44,693 bases of DNA from Raillietiella orientalis (GCA_036172245.1 JAYWIR010000026.1:2976001-3020693); one strand, 5' to 3'. Positions 23,824 through 35,587 are shown, counted from the first letter of the stretch. Numbers and translations are program-made. The notes: generated by a model not told the origin, from the sequence alone.

Positions 23824-26800
23824 TCACTGGTCGCTGTGGGGCGGGCCCATCCGTCGAACGAAGCCCTCGAGGTCAGCCTGCATATTCCCCAGTTGGGGCC
23901 ATCCGGCAGCTCTTCGCAAGAAGCGTTTGGCATACGGGATGACATCCCTCGCCTGTGGACCCACTCCTTCGTTGTTGGCGTCGCTCCATGCCGCCACGAT
24001 ACCACGGACGCAGCACAAGGCTGCGATGGCTGCGGCTGGCTGCAGTGCGTCCTTCACGAAGAGGGGCCGAAGAACGTCTCTGGGGGTGCTGCCCGTAGGG
24101 AGCCCGAGGGTCGTCCCGAACCGTTCCCAAAGGGGTCGGAGGGCAGCACAATCCACAATAAGGTGGGGAAGCGACTCCCGCTCCCCGCACCTGGCACACG
24201 CAGGATCCACAGCCCCCCTCGTCCAGTGGAAGCGGCGCGCGTTGCAGGGTAGACCCCAGTGCAACAAAAGCAACGCCGACTCTTGCCACTTGAGGGGCAG
24301 GATCCTGGATTCCTTCATCACCGGGGGCCACTTCAGCTCATCCCTGGGGATGGCGAGCAGCTCGCCCCATCTTAGTAATCCTCGCGGCTGGACGCTCGGG
24401 GTCGAGGCGTCGGCCAGTTCTCCTGTTGTCCAGCCGCTGATCAACTTCTCCCGTCCCTCGATGCAGCAGGAGACTTGCCACCTTGGCTTCCGGGTGCTGT
24501 GAAGTGCCCTCCTTAGGAAGGGTAGCGCCGTAGCTAGGCAGGTCGTCTCTGCCCACGTGCATCTTGCTGAACTCTCCAGGAGATTCCGCAGCGTGCAGCG
24601 GGCGTAGGGGCTGCATCGGAGACGATTCCACGTTTCGTGGCTTCTCTGGTTGACTACTGCCCACGTTCCAATATTCTCCTCCAGCCAGGCGGGGGAGTTG
24701 GCGGGGCAGCAAACCATCCAGCTGTTCTCCTTGGCCAATGTTGCCATGCGCCCGAGCAGTAGGCCGCATCTTCGCATCTTCCGGCCACGGCTCAGAAGAA
24801 AAGACGCGAGTCCATCGCACCGGGACACACGGCTGGCCAGGAGGCGGGCCGGAGTGCACCAAGGGGTGCACCACATCTTCGCTGCGATGGCGAGGGTTCG
24901 CCACCGCAGCTGCTTCTCCAGTCGCTCCAGCGTCAGGAGGCCAAGACCGCCGTCCCGACGCGGAGCGCACAAGTCCTTCAGTGGGACTCGGGGCCTCCCC
25001 TTGCCCCAAAGGGCGATACGGAGGAGGTCCTTCGTCCTCTTCTTGGATTCCACGGTGGGGGGGCAAACAAAAAGCAAGGGGCGGAGGATGGGGCCGCGAA
25101 GGGGTTCCAAACCGCGGCCCGTTCCGGCAAGTGAAACTTGCCTTCCAGGAACGGGCCGATCGCCGTCTCGACTTTTTGGAGGCAGCTGGACCACGCTTCC
25201 GCAGGGGAGTAGTCCCCCAACGGCACACCAAGGTACTTGAAGCACCTCGCCGTGGGGATCCCCAGACGGACCCAGTCCTGCTGCCCTGCCCACGCCGCAC
25301 CTATTGGCACAACCGACGACTTCGCCCTGTAAACCTGCAGTCCGGTCCCGCGGCTGAGCAGATCGAAGAAGTCTCCGACCGCCTTTGCCGGGGTGGACAT
25401 TGGCAACAAAAGCAGAAGATCGTCGGCGTACGCTGCTACGGCGGGCGTGCCGGGGCACGAGCTCGGCAATGGGGCCAAAGTCACCCTGTACGCTCTCAGC
25501 ACCAACTCAAAGTAGGTGCTGAAGAGCAGGGGGCTGAGGCTATCTCCCTGCCTTATGCCCCGCCGCACCGGCACGCCATACACCTTTTGACCGCTGAAAG
25601 AGACGGTAATTATCGCATTCCGCCAGCAAGAGCGCAGGTAGGAAATCAGGGAGGGTGGAAAGCCCATGCGACCCAGGAGCTCCAAGAGAAGTTCCTGGTC
25701 TACACAGTCGAACGCCTTGTGGAGATCGACTGCGAGCGCTAGGGCCCCCTTCCCCGCCCGGGGGTCCCTTTCCAGCCCGGCTGGCGGCCCCAATGTGGGG
25801 TTGCCGACTTTCCCTATCCCTTTCTTCTCTCTTCTCTGCAGGTGCACCCATGTGCTTGCGAAGAAGAGGTTGGCATCCATACTTCGCCCGGGAACAGCAT
25901 AAGTCTGCTCCGGGCTAATTACGGATTCTGCCACCTGCCCCAGACGCGAAGCCCATAGCCCTGCGATCAACTTGGCGTCCGTATTCACGATCGTGATCGG
26001 ACGCCAGTTCTTTAAATCCCTCAGGTCTCCCCCTTTCGGCAGGAGCCTCACTCTGGCTGACCGAAACGAGGCGGGAACATCGCCTTCGTCTCGGATCAGC
26101 CTGATCAACTTAAGCAGCAGGGGTGCCAGCTCTTCCGCGAAGCTCTGAAAGAACTCCGCGGGCAAGCCATCTTCCCCTGGAGCTTTACGCCTCTTGAGCC
26201 TTTTGATACCGGCGAGAATTTCGCCGGTGGTAAAAGGCTCGTCGAGGCTTTCCATCTCCTCCTCCCCTCTTGCCGGGGCGCCATCCGGAAGCAAGCGCTG
26301 AGAGGCGTTTCGATCCGGGGGCTCCCTGGCGTAAAGGGAGGAATAGAAACTCCGCACGAGATGCCGTACCGACGCCGGGGACGAACATTCCCGGCCTTGG
26401 TCGTCCAGCAAGCTGGCCGACCCGGATTGCCAGGCGTGGCGTTCGGCCCCGGCGCGGTACTCGGCCAGGCGACGAACATTAAAGGTTCTCGCGTACCTAC
26501 CAGCCTGTAAATAGGCCCACTGGTTGCGAGCACCCTTGTTGAATCCGGGGGGCAGGCGATCCAGGGGGAACTTCTCACAGAACTCGCGGACCGATTCTTT
26601 AAAAAGGTCCCAGTCCTGGAGATTCCGGAGCGTGACGCCTCTCAGGTATTCGCGAAGGTGTTCCTTCGCACCTGAGAGTCGCGTCCAGTCCCCCGGCAGA
26701 CGCCAATCCCTGGATGGCGGTCCCTTGTCACGAGGCCGCATCTCGAAAATTAACCGGGAATGGTCCGACAACGTCGACGCAACCCTCCCCCGTTTGCCGA

Positions 26801-27419
26801 CCCGTGAACACAGGTCAGCGTCGAGGAAGACGTGGTCGATGCTGCGGACCATTCCCCTCTCACCCGCGAACAAGTTGCGCGCACGCATGGCGGCGCACAA
26901 CTCGTTCATCGCGTTCTCTTGTGTTTCTGGCTCACCTGTTAGCAGACGGAGATTGAAATCTCCCGCTATCAGGTGAGCATTCCGCACGTTCGTGTCCGCC
27001 AGCCAGTCGCGCTTCAGGGAATCCAGCAGCCTGGTACGGTCGCTGTATCCCTGTTTACCGCTGGGGGCGTACACATTCGTGACGATCAATTCGATCGAGT
27101 CGGACCAGCTGAGAATCAGCTGACCGACCCGACCGTCGTCATCGAAGCGCACGCCCTTCACGGCCGCGTCGATGGTCTGCTTCACGAAGAACGCGACCCC
27201 GCAGGTGTTGCGGAGGCCGCACCGCCAATACAGCCGACCCCCCGCGATCGTCTCGATCTCCTGGGCGTCTGCCGCGGTGATCACGTGGATCTCCTGCAGC
27301 AGGGCCAGGTCGAGCTCACGCAGGGTGGCGGCCGTATCTCGTCTGTTACCGTCGTAGCGCAGGGCGTTGACGTTCCAACAGGAGGCGCGAATCCGACGGC
27401 GACTGGCGAGCCCAGGTGT
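23824..27419 (-). CDS. C ORF2 APE-RT-zf-RVT (~1200 aa), one frameshift near 25092, no AUG start
   Basis: ORFs 24978..27284 and 23824..25458 join; motifs WNVN, QEIH, NVYAP, GDFN, IDH, SDH, PGEDG, WRPI, DLHKAFD, RQGDSLSP, YADD, YLG, CARCGERESLPHLIVDC. Confidence 0.88.
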
Positions 27420-29172
27420 TTTTCCTGGGAAGATGGAGATGCGGCGTCCGCCACCTGTTGGGGCGGGACGCTAGGTGGAGGAGGAGGGTCAGGCGCTGCG
27501 TGCACCTGGTCCCCCTCCTCCATGGGTAACGGCGCGTCGAGGGGGTCACCCTTAAGTGGGGTCGCGCCTACCTGTTGGCCCTCCTCCATGGGGGCGGGCT
27601 GTTCAGGCTCGGCGACTGCGGGGAGGACTTCGCCCCCCTGCTCACCCTCCGCCATGGGGGTGGCCGGCTCGACGGCTTCCGAGCGTGGGAGTTCCCCCTC
27701 CGGGATTCCCACGCCACCGCTACCTTCCTGCTTCTCCTCCTCGCTGGTGGAGGGGAGGCGCCTCCTGGGTTTCTGGGACTTGCGTCCCGACTTCCTGGGG
27801 GGTGCCTCCGAGGAGGAATATGCACTTCCGGCCCCTAGGTCCGACTCACCTGTGGGGGCCTTTTTCGCGGGAGCCGGCCTTCGCACGGCCTTGCGTGAGG
27901 GGTTCTCACGCTCCGCCAGCGTGGCCGCGAGCTCCTCCGCCGCCTTTGCGAACGCGGCGTCCGCAGTGTCGACCGGCGCGTCGCGCGGCTCACCCTCTGT
28001 GTAAACAGAGGGTTCGTCGTCGCGAACCTCGGGCGCGGCGGAAACGGCGAGGGAAGGCTCGTCGCCCCGGGTGGCAATCTCGGGAACGGCTATGCGCTCC
28101 AGTGCTACCGTACATTCCCGCATGGTCTTAGAGCGCGGCCCAGGTTTTTTCGCCTTGCCGGCTGTCTTTTTTACCGCTTTCGCGGGTTCCGCGGGGTGCA
28201 CCTTTTTCTCCTTCCTGGCCTTGACCAGCTGCCAGCCGTCTTGGACTCCCGCGTCTTCGGAGGGTTTTTCTTCCGACGCCTGTGTGGGAGGAACAGGGGC
28301 TAGCGGCTGCTGCCGGCCAGTATCTCTTTTTGGTCTTTCGACCAGTTTACTGCGTTTTGCCTGTGCTTTTTTGCAGCAGGCGGCACCGGAGTGGGGCGTT
28401 TAGGGCATACGCGGCGTACGTGGCCCTTCTCCCCGCATAAGTGGCACACAATGTTCGGGCACCGCTTGCGCAAGTGTCCTACTGCATTGCAGTAGCCACA
28501 AAAGCGGGGTTTCCCCACGTACCAGAGGTCTACGACTTCGTCATTGACCTCTAGTTTGTGGGGAAGCCCACTCTCCTTCACCGTCACGCGCGCGGCGGCC
28601 TGCCCTCCGAAAAGGCTATCGTAGCCATCGAAGATTGTGGCCTTTGGCCATAGCGCGTGAACATCTCCATAGTTTCTTAACTGATCACCAACCGCAGACC
28701 GCGTCATACGGCTGGTGATCCCTGTCAGATGGACCACTACGGAGCGGTCCATCGTGACTGGTAGGATCTTGCGTCCGTCCACGTACAGCGGGGTGGTTAT
28801 CAAGCTTTGCGCCAAGGTGATGTCCTTGCAGACAACCTCAACGCGCTGACCCCCGCTTAGCACGGATAGACCGTCAAGGTCCTTTTCCAATACGTTGGCG
28901 TTCTGCAGCGCTTTCGAAAAAGCGCGTGCAGTTCGCCCGTCAAAGAGATTGCCTACCTGGTAAACCAAGCTGGGCTTGTACCCAGCTGCCCGGTAGGCCG
29001 CAATCTCGGCCATGGTTTCCGCGCTCGGCGCGGCCACCATGGCGCTCCAGCTCCTCGCCTTGAGCGGCGAGGGCGATTCCGGGGCGGACGCCCCTGATTC
29101 TGTAGGCTGTGGGGGTGGGCAAGCCTCCCCCACACCTACCTCCATCGTGGTGTCCTCAGGCATCGCTGCCAT
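27281..29172 (-). CDS. C ORF1, one frameshift near 28370
   Basis: ORFs 28300..29268 and 27281..28201; CGYCNAVGHLRKRC and CHLCGEKGHVRRVC knuckles. Confidence 0.85.
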
Positions 29173-29269
29173 CGGACACCAACGATGTTCCACACTAACC
29201 AACACAACAAAAAAACCGCTTCCTATCGACTCACTCGGGAGCGAAGGAAAAACACGTCCACTCGCCAAG

Positions 29270-29685
29270 GGATTCGGCGGAGGGCTGAGGAACGACCGGG
29301 CATACCACCACGCCCGTCTTTACTCTAGGACTCCCGATGTGCGACGCCTGGCGGAGTATAAAGCTGGGGCTGAGCGACAGACCTGGCAATCCGGGTCGCC
29401 CAGCCTGCTGGACGCCCAAGGCCAAGAATGCTCAGCTCCGGCGAGAATAAACCGCATCCTGCGGGACTATTACTCCTCCTTGTACGCGTGTAGAACAACA
29501 GAGAACGCCGTGGCGCAGCGCTTGCTGCCGCAAGGCGCTCCCGCGCTGCAAGAGGAGCAGGCACATGTACTCGCGGAGCCTTTCTCAATGGCAGAGATCG
29601 TCTCCGCCATCGGAAAGCTCCGAAAGAGAAAAGCACCAGGGGAAGACGGTCTGCCCGCGGAGTTCTACCAAGGCTTCCTGGCGGA
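29270..29685 (+). pseudogene. Element D right piece: linker and start of RT
   Basis: GFGGGLRNDRAY...RRLAEY...YSSLY...KAPGEDGLPAEFYQGF, collinear continuation of the 11590-12033 piece. Confidence 0.85.
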
Positions 29686-29800
29686 TCCGGGTGTGAACAA
29701 TCCGCCGCCTGAGAGGGTGGACGTGCTTTTGTGGTGCTCAGCGTTTTTCTCGCGAGTGTTTTCGGAGTTTACAGCTGTGAGCGGTTGTTCCTGGGCAGAG

Positions 29801-31468
29801 ATGCCCGAGGACGCCGCAAAGACAGCGGAGGGGGGCGAGCGAGCCTCGTCCCCCCAGCCCATGGATGTGGGGGCCATCTCCCCCACGGAATCGTCCCCCG
29901 CCCCGGCGAGGGCTTGGAGCGCGGTGGTGGCGGCGCCTGCGCCGCCCCCCGCAGAGGAACAGCGGGCTTACATGGCCGACGGATACAACCCGGCCCTCCT
30001 GTACAAGGTAGGTGGCCTGTACTCCCCCGCGGTTTTGCGGTCGTTCGCGGCCGAGTTCAAGAAATTGAAAGTCCCGGAGGACGAAGTCCTCGGACTTTCG
30101 GTTAGGAGTGGCGGGCAGCTGGTTGAGCTGAACTGCAAGTCTGCAGGGATGGCTCAGCAGCTGCTCCGCCTGCCGGTGACCGTGAACTGGAGAAGGATCT
30201 TCCCGTTCACGGCGGACAACTCCATCGTGGTGCATTTGACCGGCATAACGATGCGCATGGCGAAGAGCGCCGTGCGAGAATCGTTAGAGAAGTTCGGGAC
30301 CGTTCACGCGTTGTGGGCAAAACCCAATGTCCTGGGTTACACCAGAACATTTAGTGGTTACGCCGCTGCGCGTGTGACGGTACGTGCCGAGGGTGGGCTA
30401 CCCCACAGACTGCAGGTCGGGGAGGAGGAGATCGACCTGTGGTATGTGGGGAAACCCGTATACTGCGGCTTTTGCCAGGTGTCGGGGCACCTGAAGAAGA
30501 AATGCCCCAACATCGTGTGCTTGGGCTGTGGAGAGAAGGGGCACATCAGGCGGATGTGCCCGAACCGAAAAAGGTCCGTTCCGTCAGGCGCGAGAAAGGA
30601 TGAGACGCCGAAGGAAAAGGACCGAAGCCAACAACTGGCAGAACCCCGCCCTGCCGACCAACCCGCTACTCAGGCATCCACCAGCGAACAACCAGCTGGA
30701 GAAAGCGCCGAGAACGAGGAAGGTTGGCAAAAGGTAGAAAGGAAGTAGCCCCAGAAGAAGGAGGCAAAAAAGATAAACAAGTCGGCGCCGAAAAAGCAGA
30801 AACCGGTCGTCCGCGCTTGTACGGTGAAGATCGAACGCGTCTCGATCGCCAGAGCCGTAAAGAAAGTAACGGTAAAGGCGATCGATACCGTCGATCCTGA
30901 GCCGGTCGTGCCCGCAGTGACGTCACCATCAGCTGACGACAATGCCGTTCCGGCATTGCCAGCGAAGGACGTCTGCGCGCCGATCGATGAAGCCGCCCCT
31001 GTCGCGCCTGCGCAAAGCGTCGGTGCGGAAAGCGAGGAGGCGGCGCGCATAACGGACGCGACCTTCGCGCAAGCCGCGGAAGAGCTGGCAGCCATGTTAC
31101 GGCAGCCTGCCAAGGCCGAGAAGAAGGCCTTGAGACGACCGGCAACGGTGAAGGGCCCGGAAAATTCCGAGTCCGAAACCGAAGCCGGTTGCTCTACTTC
31201 CGCAGCCGTGCCGAAGAGGAAAGCTGGCAAGAAGGCCGGATGCCCGAGACGTGTCGCCTCCTCCCAAGTGGAGGAGCCCATGTCCTCGGGCACGGAGGAG
31301 GAGGCAATGTGCGTCGCGTCACGCGAGCCTTCTCCCGTCCGCGCCTCGGAAGCCAGCGCAATGGGAGTCGCTGCTGACGACGTGCTCCCGTGTGAGCAGC
31401 CGACCGTCGTCACGGCCGCCAACGAGCCGCCTCCCGAAAGGGAGCAGGCCGCCTCCACCCCACCATAA
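29801..31468 (+). pseudogene. E ORF1, interrupted at 30746-30748
   Basis: YCGFCQVSGHLKKKCPNIVCLGCGEKGHIRRMCP; C-terminal part in ORF 30824..31468. Confidence 0.85.
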
Positions 31469-31476
31469 ATACACCA

Positions 31477-34400
31477 ATGCGTGGGCTCGCCTTCTGCCGC
31501 CGCTTGCGCATCACCTGTTGGAATGTCAACGGGTTGCGCGACGGCGGAAAGAGGCGAGATGTAGCCGCCATACTGCGAGAATTCGACCTGGTGCTCCTGC
31601 AAGAGACGCACGTTCTCCGACCGGGAGATGTCCAGGAAATCGAAAGAATCGCGGGGGGGCGGCTACTGTGGAGGAACGGAACGGACAACTCCTGCGGAGT
31701 GGCCTTTCTGCTAAAGCCAACCGTCGACAACTCACTGCGCAGTGCACGGTTCGACGGGGATGGTCGAGTTGGGCAGCTTGTGTTCAAGTGGTCCGACTCG
31801 ATCGACCTCGTAGTCACGAACCTGTACGCTCCGGTGAGCAGCCACAGGGCCGAGGAACGCACTGCGTTCTTCGAAACCTTGCGGCGAGACTAGTTGGCCG
31901 AAGCAGGCGTGCGAAGGGCGCACCTCATTGCGGGCGATTTCAATCTCCGCCTGCTGGCAGGTGCGCCCAGCGGACGAGCACAGCTGGTCAACGAGTTGTG
32001 CGCAGCCATGCATGCGCGCAACCTGTTGGCCGGCGATGCCGGGAGAGATCGGAACATCGACCACATGTTCCTCGACAACCACCTGTGCACGCGGGTGGGA
32101 ACTCGAGGAACGCTCCCGGCAGAGCTGTCCGACCATCCACGGCTCGTGCTCGAGTTACATCCGCGCAATAAGGGCCCTCCCCTGAAAACAAGGCGCCTGC
32201 CAGGGGATTGGTTGCGCCTCGCAGGAGCGGCGGAACATCTACGCTGTTTCCTGCGAGGATTCCAGATTCAGACGCTCGCGGACTGGGACGAAATGAAGTG
32301 CTCAGTCCGTGAGTTTTGCGACCAGTTTCCCCTGGAACGTCTTTCGCCGGGCTTCGGTGATGGTGTCAGGAACGAGCGGGCGTACCTCCAGGCGCGCCGT
32401 TATTCCCGGCGTCCCGACGTCCGTCGCCTGGCTGAATTCAAGGCTGAGGCGGAGAGGCAGGCCTGCCAGTCAGGCTCGGCCTGCCTGCTGGATCATCAGG
32501 GCCAAGAACGCTCCAGCCCAGCCCAGGTAAGCCGCATCGTGCGTTGGTTTCATTCCTCCTTGTACGCGCCACTAACTCCTGAGCGCCATTTCGTGCAGCG
32601 CCTGCTGCCGGATGGCGCTCCCGCGCTCAAGGAGGAGGACCGTTCCAGATTGGCGGAACCGTTCACGATGGCGGAGATCATCTCCGCCATCAACAGGCTC
32701 AAGAGAAGGAAGGCACCAGGGGAGGACGGCCTGCCTGCGGAGTTCAACCATCGCTTCGCGCCAGAGCTGCCCCCCCTGGTGCTCAGGTTAAGTGCGCTGA
32801 ATCGCGAACACGGCGAAGTTCCCGCCTCGTTCCGGTCAGCTAAAGTACGTCTCCTGCCGAAGTCAGTAGACTTACGCAACATTGGCAACTGGCGTCCCAT
32901 CACAGTAGTGAATGCGGACGCAAAGTTGTATGCCAAGTTGTGGGCTGAGCGTTTGGGGCGGGTGGCCGCTTCCGTGGTGAGTCCCGAGCAGACCTATGCT
33001 GTTCCCGGACGAACCATGGAGGCCAACCTGCTCCTCGCCAGCTCATGGTGGCAGTTGCGACAACGCGTTGCACAGGACGGTCAAGGGAGCCTCGCGCCCC
33101 CTCTGACCAAGAAGATCGGGCAGAGGGTGGGATGGACTCGGCGGGAGCCTTTGCCGTCGCGGTCGATTTGCACAAAGCATTCGACTGCGTCGACCAGGAT
33201 CTCCTTCTGGAGCTCCTGGAACGCATGGGTTTCCCTGCCGTGCTTCAATCTTACCTGCGCTCCTGCTGGCGCAACGCGTCAATCAATATCGGTTCCAGCG
33301 GCCGGCACGTGTACGGCGTGCCCGTACGCCGCGGCATCCGGCAGGATGACAGCCTGAGCCCCTTGCTCTTCAGCATCTACTTCGAGTTGGTGCTGAGGGC
33401 ATACAGGGTAACTCTGGCAACCCTGCCGAGCTCGTGTGTTGGCACTCCTGCCGTGTCGGCCTATGCAGACGATCTTCTGCTGTTGCTTCCCGGGTCCACC
33501 CCGGCGTCGGCGCTCGAAGATTTCTTTGAGTTGCTGCGCCGCGGGACGGGCCTCGAGGTGAACAGAGAGAAATCCACAATCGTTCCTACATCACCACTAC
33601 TTTCAAACAATACGGCGTGGGCCGGACGGCCAGACTGGATCCGCTTGGGGATCCCCACGGGCAGGTGCTTCAAGTACCTTGGCGTTCCGTTGGGGGACTT
33701 CTGCGTTGCCGAAGCCTGGTCCGACCGTCTCCAAAAGGTGGATTTGGCGATCGGCCCGTTCCGGAACGGCAAGTTTTACTTGCAGGAGCGGGCCGCGTTG
33801 TGGAACGCGTTCGCGGCCCCCCTCCTTCGCCCCTTACTTTTTGTTTGCCCCGCCCCTCTTATCATACAGAGACGGACCAAAGCCCTCTTGAGGACTGCCC
33901 TTTGGGGCGCAGCGAGGTCGCGAGTCCGATTGAAAGACTTGTGCGCTTCACGCAGGGATGGTGGCTTGGGCCTCCTTACGTTGGAGCGCATCCAACTTCA
34001 AATAACAATTCGAAAGTTAGCCCTTGCGGCTAGCTTATGGATGACGCCATTGTGCGATCCGGCACGGCTCCTCGCCAGAAGAGCGACCGGCTGCGAAGGA
34101 TTGTCCTCGATCCTCGTGGCCTACCAGCGCAGCCTCTCCAACTGTGGTTCCGATTTGCGCCAGATGGTCGCCCTGATGAGGGAGAATACCTGGATCTCCT
34201 GCATCCCCGCGAACTGCACTGCCTGGCTTCAGGAGTCAGCTTCCGCGTGGGCTAAGATCAACGGAACGAGCGAGGCGGAATACAACTGCCTACGACGAGG
34301 ACCGTACGCTCGACAGCCGCTGCAGGATATTATCAACACGCCCCGGAAGTTTCTGTGGGCTTCTTTCAGCCCCCTTGCCCCCGTTCTGTCCTCCCTGAAA

Positions 34401-35078
34401 AACAGTAGGAGCAGCAACGAGCTGGCATCGTGGGAAGTGTCCTGCCTCATCCGAGGCAGGAAAAAACCTTTAAAGGCGTGGACGACTCGGGAGCTCACGG
34501 ACGCTGCCACCCCGAGCGTCCCGCCTCACGGACTTGCGCGCTGGGGAGAGCTGCTCGCAATACCTCCGGAGGAGGTGAAGTGGCCCCCAGCGTGTTGGGA
34601 TTGCGGCACACTTCCGTTGAAGTGGCAGGAGACGGCGTTGCTATTTCTGCACTGGGGACTGTTAAGCAGAGCACGCCTGTCTCACTGGACACTGGGGAAT
34701 GTGGATGCCCGCTGTGTCGAGTGCGGAGAAAGAGAAACCTTCCCGCATCTCACCCTCGAGTGTGTCGCCCTGGATGGACTCTGGAGTCGAATCGCCCCAA
34801 TCCTCCATCTTCCAGTAGGCGACCCTAAGGAAATTTACCGTCGCCTCTTTCTGCGTGACGGCCTGCGCCCCGCTGCGTCTCTAGCAGTCCTCTGCTGCGT
34901 GCGCGGCATTGTGCAAAGGTGGCACGCCAGAAGAAGAGGCCCAAGATGCAGGGACGCCATCCACTGGACGACGATCTCTCTAGAGACGGCGACAAGGTGG
35001 CGTCTACCTTTCAGAGTTAAAACAGAACTTGACTGCATCCTCAACAGGATGCGGAGGACCGACCCAGGCGCTCAGTGA
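31477..35078 (+). pseudogene. E ORF2 APE-RT-zf-RVT; W>TAG at 31891 and a frameshift near 33100
   Basis: MRGLAFCRRLRITCWNVNGL; GDFN; SDH; VDLHKAFD; YADD; CVECGERETFPHLTLEC. Confidence 0.9.
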
Positions 35079-35302
35079 TCCCTTCCCTGCCCCCTTCCTC
35101 TCCCCATACAACTGTTTCCCTCCCCGTTATCTCTCTTTTTGTTTGTTTTTGTTTTAGTTTTCCCTTCCCATGCGCCTCGGGAATTGACCTAACCGGTGAA
35201 TGCACCGGCAACCGATACGTCAACTAAGGTGGGAAAACCAAGTGTTTCCCACAATCAACGTTTGAAAGACTTTATTATCTAATTTTTGTAGAAAATTAGA
35301 AT

Positions 35303-35332
35303 AATAAATGCCCCGGCATATCCGGGTGGCAA
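35303..35332 (+). terminator. Family 3' terminus: poly(A) signal plus GC hairpin (representative copy)
   Basis: AATAAA 35303-35308; CCCGG/CCGGG stem 35312-35326; same layout at 6378, 7594, 12034, 15384, 23617, 41087 and 41150. Confidence 0.7.
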
Positions 35333-35587
35333 ACTTCGGCTGCAGCCGAGCATTCCTGGCCAGCGTCATCGAGCAGACAATTTGCTTTAAACTTCCAAAC
35401 CTGGCGCTCAGCCCTGGCCTTGTACTCCGCCAGACGCCGGACGTCCGGGCATCGGGAGAAAATACGCGTCTTCAAATAGGATCTGCTGTTCGCGACACCC
35501 TCCTCGAAGCCGCAAGGAAGCAAGTGCAAGGGGAACCGGCAGCAGAACTCGCGGATCGTTCTTTTCATTTCGTCCTAGTCCTCGAGC
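35333..35587 (-). pseudogene. K: B-like ORF2 linker fragment hosting E and G (other scraps at 41117-41150 and 29694-29708)
   Basis: LED*DEMKRTIREFCCRFPLH...GVANSR...QECSAAAEV; 41117-41150 supplies the upstream YLLGFVISEL and 29694-29708 the downstream RRIV. Confidence 0.8.

Larger units (their letters stand above)
23617..29269 (-). mobile_element. Element C: full-length, nearly intact L1/Tx1-like copy, head-to-tail with A
   Basis: 5' CTTGGCGAGTGGACGTG; ORF1 and ORF2 each with one frameshift; 3' AATAAACGC-CCCGGG-CGTA-CCCGGG-TGGCAA; flanked by GGTTTCGGCG (23607-23616) and GGATTCGGCG (29270-29279). Confidence 0.93.
29711..35332 (+). mobile_element. Element E: full-length L1/Tx1-like copy
   Basis: 5' GAGAGGGTGGACGTG; ORF1 29801-31468; ORF2 31477-35078; 3' AATAAATG-CCCCGG-CATAT-CCGGG-TGGCAA (35303-35332). 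Confidence 0.92.

Noticed and set aside
21070..28131. Long plus-strand ORFs antisense to A/C (e.g. 21070..22341, 26973..28004)
   Set aside because: Shadow ORFs of GC-rich coding sequence with no domain features
29012..30748. 578-aa ORF as a novel fusion gene
   Set aside because: Chance read-through across antisense C ORF1/5' UTR, the D ORF2 piece, junction scraps and E's UTR/ORF1; no coherent start
35303..35332. Helitron-type 3' hairpin
   Set aside because: No CTRR end or Rep/helicase; the elements have APE-RT and TSDs
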